This document shows, in pieces, positions 27,382 through 35,439 of a stretch of DNA of 44,054 nucleotides (positions are counted from its first letter, which is position 1; every line of letters starts with the position of its first letter). Source of the stretch: Verrucomicrobiia bacterium (GTDB lineage Bacteria; Vulcanimicrobiota; Vulcanimicrobiia; Vulcanimicrobiales; Vulcanimicrobiaceae); the NCBI GenBank assembly GCA_035505015.1, contig DATJRF010000093.1, positions 1-44,054 on the forward strand, written 5' to 3'. The notes beneath the pieces were generated by a model, which worked only from the letters and a program-made list of their open reading frames with translations, searched no databases and had not been told where the DNA came from. The translations under genes were made by a program, and so were the position numbers.

Positions 27382-27678
27382 TTACGCGCCGGCCTTTTCG
27401 CTCTTCGGTTTCCGCTTGGTCGCCGGAATCGGGCCGCGCTCCATGATGCCCTTCTCGGCAAACAGGCGCCGCACGGTCTCGGACGGCTGCGCGCCCTTCT
27501 CGAGCCATTCCTTGGCCTTGGCTTCGTCGACGACGACCGTCTTCGGCTCGGTGCGCGGGTTATAATGTCCGAGAATTTCGATGAACCGCCCGTCGCGCGG
27601 CGCGCGCGAATCCGCCACGACGAATCGATAGCTCGGTTGCTTCTTGGCGCCCATCCGGCGCAGTCGGATCTTTACCAT
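27382..27678 (-). CDS. rpsP: 30S ribosomal protein S16
   Basis: [41 protein letters not shown] is the canonical S16 N-terminus. Confidence 0.95.
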   Translation of the reverse strand: MVKIRLRRMGAKKQPSYRFVVADSRAPRDGRFIEILGHYNPRTEPKTVVVDEAKAKEWLEKGAQPSETVRRLFAEKGIMERGPIPATKRKPKSEKAGA

Positions 27679-27701
27679 GTTCTGCTTTCTAGAGTGAGGT
27701 A

Positions 27702-29030
27702 TTAGCGAAGCATCCCGGCAGGCAAGCGCGGCATGCGCCGCTTCCCCCCTCCGAGCTGCTTCATCATCTGACGCGCCTGCTCGAACTGTTTGACGAGCCG
27801 GTTGACGTCGGAAACTTGCGTGCCCGAGCCCGCAGCGATGCGCTTGCGGCGCGAGCCGTTGAGCACGTCGGGGCTGCGCCGCTCGCGGCGCGTCATCGAG
27901 CAGATGATCGCTTCGATTTTCTTGAGATCTTTCTCGGGAATATCGAAGTCCTTGGGCAGCGCGCGCGAGAGCCCGGGAATCATCTTCATGATCTCGCTCA
28001 TCGAGCCGAGCTTGCGCATCTGGCGCATCTGATCGAGAAAGTCGTCGAGCGTGAAGCTCTGCTTGAGAAACTTCTCCTCCAGCCGCTTTGCCTGATCGGC
28101 CGTGTAGAGGCTCTGCGTCTTCTCGATGAGCGTGAGCACGTCGCCCATACCGAGGATGCGCGACGCCAAACGATCGGGATGGAACGGCTCGAGCGCCGAG
28201 AGCTTCTCGCCGACGCCGACGAACTTGATCGGCGCGCCGGTAGACTCGAAGATCGAGAGCGCCGCGCCGCCGCGCGTATCGCCGTCCATCTTCGTGAGAA
28301 TGACGCCCGTGATGCCGAGGCGCTCGTTGAAGACTTTCGCGACCGACGCCGCTTCTTGGCCGGTCATCGCGTCGGCGACGAAGAGGATCTCCTTCGGATG
28401 CGTGGCGGCCTTGATCGCCTCGAGCTCCGCCATCAGCGCGTCGTCGATCTGCAGCCGCCCCGCCGTATCGACGATGACGGTCGAAAGACCGAGGCGTTTG
28501 GCCTCCGCGACGCCGTCGCGGGCGATCTTCACCGGATCGCCGGCACCGCGTTCGAAGACCGGCAGGTCGATCTGCTTGCCCAGCGTCTGGAGCTGCGCGA
28601 TGGCAGCGGGGCGGTAGACGTCGGCTGCGACCAGCAGCGAGCGCCGGCCCTGTTCCTTTAGACGAAGCGCGAGCTTGCCGCTCTGGGTCGTCTTGCCGGA
28701 GCCTTGCAGGCCGACCATCATGATGACCGAGGGCGGTGCGTCGGAGAACTGCAGCCGCGCCTGCGCGCCGCCCAACAGATCGACCAGCTCGTCGTGGACG
28801 ATCTTGACGATCGTCTGCGCGGGCGTCAGCGACTCGAGGACGTTGGCGCCGAGCGCCTTCTCCTTGACGCGCGCCACGAACGCCTTGGCAGCGCCAAGCG
28901 AGACGTCCGCCTCGAGCAGCGCCACGCGAACTTCGCGCAGAGCCTCCGAGACGTCGCCTTCGCTGAGCCGGCCGCGCCCGCTCAGGCGCGAGAAGATCGC
29001 GCCGAGCCGCTCACTGAGTTGGTCGAACAA
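27702..29030 (-). CDS. ffh: Signal recognition particle protein Ffh
   Basis: The N domain begins MFDQLSERL. GTPase motifs are [14 protein letters not shown] and TKMDGD. The M domain is Met-rich. The start is TTG 29030, with AGGGGAG upstream. Confidence 0.95.
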   Translation of the reverse strand: MFDQLSERLGAIFSRLSGRGRLSEGDVSEALREVRVALLEADVSLGAAKAFVARVKEKALGANVLESLTPAQTIVKIVHDELVDLLGGAQARLQFSDAPPSVIMMVGLQGSGKTTQSGKLALRLKEQGRRSLLVAADVYRPAAIAQLQTLGKQIDLPVFERGAGDPVKIARDGVAEAKRLGLSTVIVDTAGRLQIDDALMAELEAIKAATHPKEILFVADAMTGQEAASVAKVFNERLGITGVILTKMDGDTRGGAALSIFESTGAPIKFVGVGEKLSALEPFHPDRLASRILGMGDVLTLIEKTQSLYTADQAKRLEEKFLKQSFTLDDFLDQMRQMRKLGSMSEIMKMIPGLSRALPKDFDIPEKDLKKIEAIICSMTRRERRSPDVLNGSRRKRIAAGSGTQVSDVNRLVKQFEQARQMMKQLGGGKRRMPRLPAGMLR

Positions 29031-29039
29031 CGCTCCCCT

Positions 29040-29282
29040 TTACGATCCCGCCGTCGCCTCGTCGATGCGCTTGACGGCATCGCCGACGGTCTTGATCTTC
29101 TCCGCCTCTTCGTCGGGAATATCGATGTTGAACTCGGTCTCGAACGCCATGACCAGCTCGACCTGGTCGAGCGAATCGGCTCCGAGGTCGTCGGTGATCG
29201 ACGCTTCGAGCGTCACTTCCGACTCGTCGACTCCGAGCTGCTCGACGATGATCTTCTTCACTTTATCGAAGGTAGCGGACAT
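29040..29282 (-). CDS. acpP: Acyl carrier protein
   Basis: ATG 29282 follows GGAGA. The phosphopantetheine site [17 protein letters not shown] is present. The long track ORF 29040-29888 is an artefactual extension antisense to fabG. Confidence 0.95.
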   Translation of the reverse strand: MSATFDKVKKIIVEQLGVDESEVTLEASITDDLGADSLDQVELVMAFETEFNIDIPDEEAEKIKTVGDAVKRIDEATAGS

Positions 29283-29326
29283 TACGTCTCCTTTTGCGAG
29301 TTTGCGTTTGAAAGCGAAACCGGTCG

Positions 29327-30073
29327 TTACATCAATACGCCGCCGTCGACGACGAGCGTTTGGCCGGTGATATAGGCGGCGGCATCGGAGCAGAGGAACG
29401 CGACGACGCCGCTCACGTCTTCGGGCCTTCCCGGGCGCCCCAAAGCGGCCGCCTTGATCAAGTACTCCCTGGCTGCGTCGGGCATCTTCTCGGTCATGGC
29501 GGTCTCGATCAGCCCCGGCGCGACGGCGTTGACTCTTATATTCCTCGAACCCAACTCCTTTGCGACCGACTTGCACAAGCCGATCAGGCCGGCTTTCGAG
29601 GCCGCGTACGCGGCCTGCCCGGCGTTGCCCATCATCCCGACGATGCTGGTCATCAGGACGATCGATCCGGCGCGCTGCTTCATCATCGGCTTGGCGACCG
29701 CCGCGCACAGGTAGAAGGCGCTCTTGAGGTTGACGTCGAGCATCCGGTCCACGGTCTCGGCCTTGAGGCGCAGCAACAACGAGTCGACCGACTGGCCGGC
29801 GTTGGCGATCGCGAAATCGACCCGCCCGAATCGCTCGATCGTCGCGGCGACCGCCGCCTCGACGGAGGCTTCGGCGGTGACGTCGCACGCCAAGACGTGC
29901 GCCGCCGCGCCGGCGCGCGCGTTCGCACAGAGCCCCGCGGTCTCTTCCAGAGCCGCGAGGTCGCGACCGAGCAGCGTCACGTCCGCGCCGCGCCGAGCGA
30001 ACTCGACGGCGATCGCACGGCCGATACCGCGGCTCGCCCCCGTCACGAGCGCGACCTTCGCGTCGAATCTCAC
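29327..30073 (-). CDS. fabG: 3-oxoacyl-ACP reductase FabG
   Basis: The motifs [12 protein letters not shown] and YAASKAG are present. GTG 30073 overlaps the fabD stop (GTGA). Confidence 0.9.
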   Translation of the reverse strand: MRFDAKVALVTGASRGIGRAIAVEFARRGADVTLLGRDLAALEETAGLCANARAGAAAHVLACDVTAEASVEAAVAATIERFGRVDFAIANAGQSVDSLLLRLKAETVDRMLDVNLKSAFYLCAAVAKPMMKQRAGSIVLMTSIVGMMGNAGQAAYAASKAGLIGLCKSVAKELGSRNIRVNAVAPGLIETAMTEKMPDAAREYLIKAAALGRPGRPEDVSGVVAFLCSDAAAYITGQTLVVDGGVLM

Positions 30074-31020
30074 GCCCGCACTTCCTCTTCGGCCAGCATC
30101 GCGCGCAGTTTGCCGACCCCGGCGTAGTCGCTCACGACCATCGCCGCGGGCGCGTTCGCCATCCGCTTCATGAGCGGCGCGAGCACGGCGGAGGCGCCGA
30201 ACTCCACGACCAGATCGAGCTCGTACGAGAGCAAGCGCTCCGCCGTTTCGTGCCAGCGCACCTCGTGGACGATGGAGGTGACGAGATTTTTGCGAATCGC
30301 CTCGACGCTGCGGTACGGCTGCGCGTCGACGTTGGAGATGACGTCGAACTGCGGAAGCGCGAAGTCCGCGCCGGCAACGGCCCGCTCGAAGCGCTCCACG
30401 GCCGGCTCCATCAGCTCGCTGTGCCAAGCGCCCGAAACGTTGAGCGGCACGACGCGCTTTGCGCCGGCGGCGAGCAGCGCGTCGCCGGCCGCCTGCACCG
30501 CGCTCAGGTCGCCGCTGATCACGATCTGCGTCGGCGAGTTGAAGTTCGCGAGGGTCACGCGAGCGCCGCTCTGCGCGCGCACGGCCTCGATCGTCGCGCG
30601 AATCTGGCCGGCTTCCAAGCCGAGCACCGCCGACATACCGCCCCGCGCGAGCTCGGCGGCGTATTGCATCGCACGCGCGCGCTCGTCGACCACGCGCAGC
30701 GCGTCGTCGAACGAGATCGCGCGGCCGGCGTAGAGACTACAGAACTCCCCGAACGAATGCCCGGCGCTCACCACCGGCGCGAGGGCATCGCCGACCGCGG
30801 CGTAGAGCGCGACGTTGGTGGTAAAGATTGCGGGTTGGCTGAACTGCGTCTCGCGCAAACGCTCCTCGGGCCCTTCCCATGCGATCGCCGAGAGATCGTA
30901 TCCGATCAGCGCGTCGGCCCGCTCGAAAAGCGCGCGCGCGGCGCTCGCGTTGGCCGCCACCTCGGCCCCCATTCCGACGTTCTGCGAGCCCTGCCCCGGG
31001 AATACCACGCCGACTCTCAC
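30070..31020 (-). CDS. fabD: Malonyl-CoA:ACP transacylase FabD
   Basis: The motifs VFPGQGSQ and GHSFGEF are present. GTG 31020 overlaps the fabH stop (GTGA). The alternative start is ATG 31035. Confidence 0.9.
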   Translation of the reverse strand: MRVGVVFPGQGSQNVGMGAEVAANASAARALFERADALIGYDLSAIAWEGPEERLRETQFSQPAIFTTNVALYAAVGDALAPVVSAGHSFGEFCSLYAGRAISFDDALRVVDERARAMQYAAELARGGMSAVLGLEAGQIRATIEAVRAQSGARVTLANFNSPTQIVISGDLSAVQAAGDALLAAGAKRVVPLNVSGAWHSELMEPAVERFERAVAGADFALPQFDVISNVDAQPYRSVEAIRKNLVTSIVHEVRWHETAERLLSYELDLVVEFGASAVLAPLMKRMANAPAAMVVSDYAGVGKLRAMLAEEEVRA

Positions 31021-32006
31021 GCTGCCCACCTCCATGCGACCGCGCCCCACGAAAGCCCGCCGCCGAAGCCGACGAAAACGATGACGTCGCCTTCCTGGAT
31101 CATGCCGCGCTCCACCGACTCCGAGAGCGCGATCGGAATCGAGGCGGCCGAGGTGTTGCCGTACTCCTGAATGTTGATCACGACCTTTCCCTCGGGCATC
31201 GCGAGGTACTTGGCCGCGGCGTCGATGATACGCTTGTTCGCCTGATGCGGAATGAGCAGCGTCACGTCGCCCTTGGTGAGATTGGCCTTGGCCAGCGCCG
31301 AGTCGGTCGCCGCGATCATCTTGTTGACCGCAAACTTGAAGACCTCGCGTCCCTGCATGTGAATCAGGTTCAACTTGGAGTCGAGAGCGGCGCGATCGAT
31401 CGGCTTGCGCGAGCCGCTGGAGGCCACGTAGAGCAGGTCCGGCCGGCTCCCGTCGGCACCGAGCTCCGCCGCGAGGAACGAGTTGCCCTCCGAGCGCTCG
31501 AGAATCACCGCGCCGGCGCCGTCCCCGAAGAGAATCGCCGTCGAGCGGTCGTCCTTGTTGAGAATCTTCGAAAGGGTCTCGGCCCCGATCAGCATGACGC
31601 GGCGATAGACGCCGGAGCGCACGAGGCCCGACGCGACGGTGAGCCCGTAGATGAAGCCGCTGCAGGCGATCGAGATGTCGAAGGCGGCCTTGTCCTTGGC
31701 CCCCAGCCGAGCGGCGACCACGCACGCGGTCGCCGGAAAATAGTAATCGGGCGTCACGGTCGCCACGATGAAGCAGTCGACGTCGGACGGCCGCAACCCG
31801 GCGCGCTCGAGCGCCATGCTCGCGGCGCGCAGCGCCAGGTCGCTGGTCGCCTCATCCTGCGAGGCCCAGTGACGGCGCTTCATTCCGGTGCGCGTCGTGA
31901 TCCACTCGTCCGAGGTATCCAGCCACCGTTCGAAATCTTCGTTGGTCACGACGCGCGGCGGCGCGTAGTGCCCGACGCCGGCAATCTTAACGCCGCAAAG
32001 GGACAC
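31017..32006 (-). CDS. fabH: 3-oxoacyl-ACP synthase III FabH
   Basis: The catalytic triad contexts are present: ACSGFIYG (Cys), PHQAN (His) and GNTSAASIP (Asn). Confidence 0.9.
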   Translation of the reverse strand: MSLCGVKIAGVGHYAPPRVVTNEDFERWLDTSDEWITTRTGMKRRHWASQDEATSDLALRAASMALERAGLRPSDVDCFIVATVTPDYYFPATACVVAARLGAKDKAAFDISIACSGFIYGLTVASGLVRSGVYRRVMLIGAETLSKILNKDDRSTAILFGDGAGAVILERSEGNSFLAAELGADGSRPDLLYVASSGSRKPIDRAALDSKLNLIHMQGREVFKFAVNKMIAATDSALAKANLTKGDVTLLIPHQANKRIIDAAAKYLAMPEGKVVINIQEYGNTSAASIPIALSESVERGMIQEGDVIVFVGFGGGLSWGAVAWRWAA

Positions 32007-32016
32007 CGGTTACGGC

Positions 32017-32220
32017 CTAGTCGTCGCGACCGGCGTGTTCGTCCCGAATTTCGACGACCTGCCGGCCGTCGTACGTGCCGCAGGTCGCGCAGGTAAAGTG
32101 CGGTCGCTTCGGTTGATGGCACTGCGGGCACTCGACGGTCGTCACCGTGCCGAGTTTCCAGTTGGCCGCCCGACGACTGCGCGTCTTGCTGCGCGGCGTC
32201 TTCCATTTGAGGTTTGCCAC
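32017..32220 (-). CDS. rpmF: 50S ribosomal protein L32 (zinc-ribbon form)
   Basis: GTG 32220 follows GGAGA. The product is KWKTPRSKTRSRRAANWKL with a CPQC...CATCG zinc ribbon. Track ORF 32017-32661 is an upstream extension. Confidence 0.85.
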   Translation of the reverse strand: MANLKWKTPRSKTRSRRAANWKLGTVTTVECPQCHQPKRPHFTCATCGTYDGRQVVEIRDEHAGRDD

Positions 32221-32233
32221 GTAAATCTCCGTA

Positions 32234-32686
32234 TCAACACGAGCACGCGCTCGCGTTCTTGTTGGCTCCGCACGTCCCGCACAGACCTTTGCAATCGTCG
32301 CTGCACCGCAGGCCCATCGGTAACGCGCTGAGCACGAGTTGCTGCGCAAAATCCGCCACGTCCAACCGGTCGCCCGAGAGCACGTTGCCCTCGCCGAACG
32401 GATCCGCCTCGGCGCCGAGGTGCGGGTCCAGCCGCTCGTCCGCGTCGACGTGGATCTCCCGATCGACGTCCTCCAAACACCCGTCGCATTCTCCGTGCGC
32501 GCACGCGTCGATGCTGCCCTCGATGTGCAGCATACGGTCGACGCATCGAAGCTCCAGGCGCACCCTCGCACCCTTCGGGAACTCGATGCCCTCGAACGAT
32601 GCGATCGGCACCTCCGCGTCCACCAGCATCCGCTGGCGCCCGCCGGCGAGGAGCCCCCCAATATCGATCTTGTGCGAACGGCCCAT
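32234..32686 (-). CDS. yceD: YceD/DUF177-family protein
   Basis: The C-terminal cysteine cluster CSDDCKGLCGTCGANKN is present, and the gene sits immediately upstream of rpmF. Confidence 0.8.
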   Translation of the reverse strand: MGRSHKIDIGGLLAGGRQRMLVDAEVPIASFEGIEFPKGARVRLELRCVDRMLHIEGSIDACAHGECDGCLEDVDREIHVDADERLDPHLGAEADPFGEGNVLSGDRLDVADFAQQLVLSALPMGLRCSDDCKGLCGTCGANKNASACSC

Positions 32687-32807
32687 AGAATTACGACCCG
32701 CAGAAACAGGGCCCCACCACCGGGCGGGGCCCCTTCTGCAACCCCGACATTCTAGAACCCCCGTTACCGCTTGTCAAACCTCTGGGTCGGAGGGATGGGG
32801 CTGCGCC

Positions 32808-33482
32808 ATGAGTATCGACCCTGCCGCCTCCCGGCTCAGCGCCCAGGGCGTCGCCTACGCTCCGGCCATCGCCGGGGCCGCGCAGCGCCACGGGCTCGAC
32901 CCCGAGCTCCTCGCCGCCGTCGCCGCCCAAGAGACGGGCGGCCCCGGGGCCAACGCCGGCCGCAACGTCGTGGGCGACGGCGGCCACGGCCACGGCCTCT
33001 TTCAAATCGACGACCGCTACCACACCTTTGCCCAGAGCCCGCAGGCGATGGACCCATCGGCCAACGCCGACTATGCCGCCGGCATGCTCTCGGGCCTGCT
33101 CCAGAAGTACGGAGGCAACGTGCACGACGCCCTTTCCGCCTATAACGCCGGGAGCCCCCAGGCGACCGGCACCACCACCACCTGGTCCGACGGGTCGACC
33201 CTCGGCTACGCCGACTCGGTCATGCGCCACTACACCCAGCTCACCGGCGGCGGGTCGCCTTCGGCACCGGGAAACTCCGGCGGCACGGGCGGCGAGAGCG
33301 ACGAGCTCGAGCAGAGCGTCGTCTCCGAACTCTCGACGCTCGTCTCCTCGATCGGCATGCTCGGCGCGCAGGCGCAGTCGATGCCGAGCATGCCGCAGCT
33401 GCCGCAGCCCGCCCAGCCGCAGAGCTACCAGCGGGCCGCCACCGACTACAGCGGCCTCTTCGACGACGGCGACGACGCCTAA
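32808..33482 (+). CDS. Lysozyme-like / lytic transglycosylase (SLT) domain protein with a low-complexity C-terminal tail
   Basis: ATG 32808. The catalytic-Glu context is LLAAVAAQETGG, followed by GHGLFQIDDRYH and LSAYNAGSP. I see no signal peptide. The tail is rich in G/S/Q/P and ends DDGDDA. Confidence 0.7.
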   Translation: MSIDPAASRLSAQGVAYAPAIAGAAQRHGLDPELLAAVAAQETGGPGANAGRNVVGDGGHGHGLFQIDDRYHTFAQSPQAMDPSANADYAAGMLSGLLQKYGGNVHDALSAYNAGSPQATGTTTTWSDGSTLGYADSVMRHYTQLTGGGSPSAPGNSGGTGGESDELEQSVVSELSTLVSSIGMLGAQAQSMPSMPQLPQPAQPQSYQRAATDYSGLFDDGDDA

Positions 33483-33502
33483 CCCCGACGAAGGAGAACA
33501 CG

Positions 33503-33832
33503 ATGGCCTTCCTACTTCCGATGCTCGAGGGTGCCGGCGCTGGGCTGCTCGGCAGCAGCGTGAGCGGCCTGCTGGGCGGCGCCAGCGGAAATATGCAAAA
33601 CGCCGCGATGAACGCGCTCAACAATCAAGACGAGACGTTTCAACTCGGGATGTACGCCTCAGAGGTGCAAAACCAGGAGCAGCTCCAGATGCAATCCGAG
33701 GTGTTCGATCAGATGATGGACGAGCGCTCGGAGAACATGCGCGAGATCGACACCCTGCGCAACGTCGACATGGCGCAGCGCAAATCCGACGACTCGATCA
33801 CCAAGAAGTTCATCCAGAGCATCACGGAGTGA
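33503..33832 (+). CDS. Small orphan protein with a Gly-rich hydrophobic N-terminus and a Q/N/E/M-rich helical C-terminus
   Basis: ATG 33503 follows AGGAG, 20 nt after the SLT gene stop. The product starts MAFLLPMLEGAGAGLLGSSVSGLLGG. No family recognised. Confidence 0.55.
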   Translation: MAFLLPMLEGAGAGLLGSSVSGLLGGASGNMQNAAMNALNNQDETFQLGMYASEVQNQEQLQMQSEVFDQMMDERSENMREIDTLRNVDMAQRKSDDSITKKFIQSITE

Positions 33833-33848
33833 CGCGTTACTGGGCCGG

Positions 33849-34070
33849 TCAGACCGGGTCGTTGCCCTCTAAGGCATCGACCTCGCTGCCAGTCACGAGG
33901 ACGCCGAGTCGCGGACATAGCGCTCCAGCGTACCACCGTGGATTCAGCCGGCACCAGACGTAGAGATACGTGCTAGGCCCGAATAGTAGCGTAAGCGCGA
34001 TCAGCAATCGGGCCGCCACGGTCGGCTTAGGCGCGAACCACACGATAGCCCAAGCTAGACCTTGCGACAA
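33849..34070 (-). CDS. Possible small membrane protein
   Basis: The ORF starts at TTG and lies in a patch of locally lower GC. It has two hydrophobic stretches. Support is weak. Confidence 0.3.
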   Translation of the reverse strand: MSQGLAWAIVWFAPKPTVAARLLIALTLLFGPSTYLYVWCRLNPRWYAGALCPRLGVLVTGSEVDALEGNDPV

Positions 34071-34180
34071 ACATGAGAAATGCTATTTCCGGCCTGCGAT
34101 TTTGGGGCCTTCTGCACAACAGGAGCTAAAGGTTGGATAACGTCCCACTCACCAAGAAGGTGCATCACGGAATAAAGCGT

Positions 34181-34498
34181 TCACATGGGGCTGCACGAGA
34201 CGATGGCCGTGTAGCTCCATAAGAACGTCGCCAGAACCAGCGCGAGCAGCGCAACGGCACCGATGACGATCGCCCGAGCCCACCCCTGGGCGAACGCAGC
34301 CGCCAGGGGCGCCACGAGGAGATAGACGGTCAGCACCGTTGCCGCTCGCGGTGCCCAATCGTAGCAGTGGTAAGGCGCCAACGGCCGGCCGGCGAGGCCG
34401 AGAACCCGCACCACCGCGCCCAAAGCCGCACCCGCCAGCGCGAGGCCGTACGCACTCAGAACGCCTAGGACGCGGCCTCTGGGCTCAGCAGCGCTCAT
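34181..34498 (-). CDS. Small integral membrane protein
   Basis: ATG 34498. There are three hydrophobic segments (VLGVLSAYGLALAGAALGAVV, VLTVYLLVAPLAAAF, IVIGAVALLALVLATFLW). Confidence 0.5.
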   Translation of the reverse strand: MSAAEPRGRVLGVLSAYGLALAGAALGAVVRVLGLAGRPLAPYHCYDWAPRAATVLTVYLLVAPLAAAFAQGWARAIVIGAVALLALVLATFLWSYTAIVSCSPM

Positions 34499-34611
34499 CG
34501 CCGGCTTCTTTGGAGGATGGCCTTGCAGAATCTTGCACCGGGATTCGGTCTTCAAAGCGCGTCGTTGGCCGGCGCCGAGATCGCCAAGAGGCTCATCGGG
34601 AGCACCTCCCG

Positions 34612-34869
34612 ATGATCGCACCGCTTCCGCCCCGCAGCGACCGTCCCTCGACGCCCCGCTCCGGCGCGGCGTCGCCGGGCAGCGGCGCGGCCGCCTCGGA
34701 TCTTAGCGCCGAGCAGCAGGCCCAGCTCGCCGCGCAGCACGCGGCCTTCGATTTCGAAGCGGCGGAAGCGGCCGAACTGCTCCGAGAGCACGAGGCGCTC
34801 GAAGCACTCCTTGCGGAGCAGCTCAAAAACGACGACGAGATCATGAAGAAGTGGATCGCGCTCATCTAG
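34612..34869 (+). CDS. Small hypothetical protein with a Pro/Ser-rich N-terminus and an acidic helical C-terminus
   Basis: ATG 34612 has GGGAG upstream. GC3 is high. The A/E/L/Q-rich helix ends DDEIMKKWIALI. Confidence 0.45.
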   Translation: MIAPLPPRSDRPSTPRSGAASPGSGAAASDLSAEQQAQLAAQHAAFDFEAAEAAELLREHEALEALLAEQLKNDDEIMKKWIALI

Positions 34870-34945
34870 CGCCCACGCGGCCGCACCGCTGCCGAAAACG
34901 GCGGCAGGGGGGCTTGCCGTCCGTGGTATACTTCACCCTTGTCGT

Positions 34946-35019
34946 GGGCCATTAGCTCAGCTGGTTAGAGCGCATGCTTGATAAGCATGAGGTCCCTGGT
35001 TCGAACCCAGGATGGCCCA
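34946..35019 (+). tRNA. tRNA-Ile (anticodon GAU)
   Basis: I folded the cloverleaf by hand. The acceptor stem is GGGCCAT/ATGGCCC, the D arm GCTC/GAGC, the anticodon stem CATGC/GCATG with loop TTGATAA, and the T arm CCTGG-TTCGAAC-CCAGG. The discriminator is A. No CCA is encoded. Confidence 0.95.
34978..35019 (+). repeat. Direct repeat copy 1 (attL-like): the 3' 42 nt of tRNA-Ile
   Basis: It is identical to 39358-39399 at 41 of 42 positions. The only difference is A 35005 versus G 39385. Confidence 0.9.
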
Positions 35020-35025
35020 GTATCG

Positions 35026-35052
35026 AAAACCCTTGCACCGCAAGGGTTTTTT
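35026..35052 (+). terminator. Intrinsic terminator after tRNA-Ile
   Basis: An 11-bp stem AAAACCCTTGC/GCAAGGGTTTT has a 3-nt loop and runs into a T tract. Confidence 0.8.
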
Positions 35053-35203
35053 GTTTGCCCCGCCTTGGCGGCGGTCCGCCGTAGCTGGCGGTTAACCCAC
35101 TTTCTAACGCAGGTAACTCACCTGCGAGCAGCGCTCCCATAGTCGCTTCGCCGCAAAATACGTAGCTGGACTGCCGAGCGACATTGATCCTAGAATGCTC
35201 GGA

Positions 35204-35389
35204 CTACTGGACGCCGTTTTGGGCGAAGTGGGAGGGTGGCAACGTGACTTTGTCGTTCCGCGCGCGGCCGAGCACCAACAGGACCGAGTCATTGAGGACT
35301 TCGACCGCGTCGGCGTAAGGATCAACGTCGAAGGCGTCTATTTCATGAAGGCCGCGGGACCAGCGCCCGACGCAAACTTCTTTATCGAT
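35204..35389 (-). pseudogene. Start-less 61-codon gene fragment of unknown family
   Basis: The minus-strand frame reads IDKEVCVGRWSRGLHEIDAFDVDPYADAVEVLNDSVLLVLGRARNDKVTLPPSHFAQNGVQ. It opens directly after a stop that abuts the tRNA-like fragment, and it has no start codon. Confidence 0.3.
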
Positions 35390-35396
35390 CTAAAGC

Positions 35397-35424
35397 GGCC
35401 CCTGGTTCGAACCCAGGACGGCCC
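35397..35424 (+). repeat. Third, shorter tRNA-3'-end-like fragment (T arm plus acceptor)
   Basis: GGCCCCTGGTTCGAACCCAGGACGGCCC compared with tRNA GGTCCCTGGTTCGAACCCAGGATGGCCC shows 2 mismatches in 28 nt. Confidence 0.7.
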
Positions 35425-35439
35425 CCACAACTATCGGGG

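Noticed and set aside
29283-29888. The upstream extension of the acpP ORF (282-aa track ORF). The analogous rpmF extension is 32221-32661.
   Set aside because: The extensions are Arg-rich and overlap fabG and yceD respectively. Canonical ACP and L32 N-termini with RBSs occur at the internal starts.
34904-34932. A sigma70-type promoter for tRNA-Ile (TATACT at 34927-34932).
   Set aside because: The only -35-like hexamer (CTTGCC) lies just 8 nt upstream of the -10 element. There is no properly spaced -35, so I did not call a promoter.
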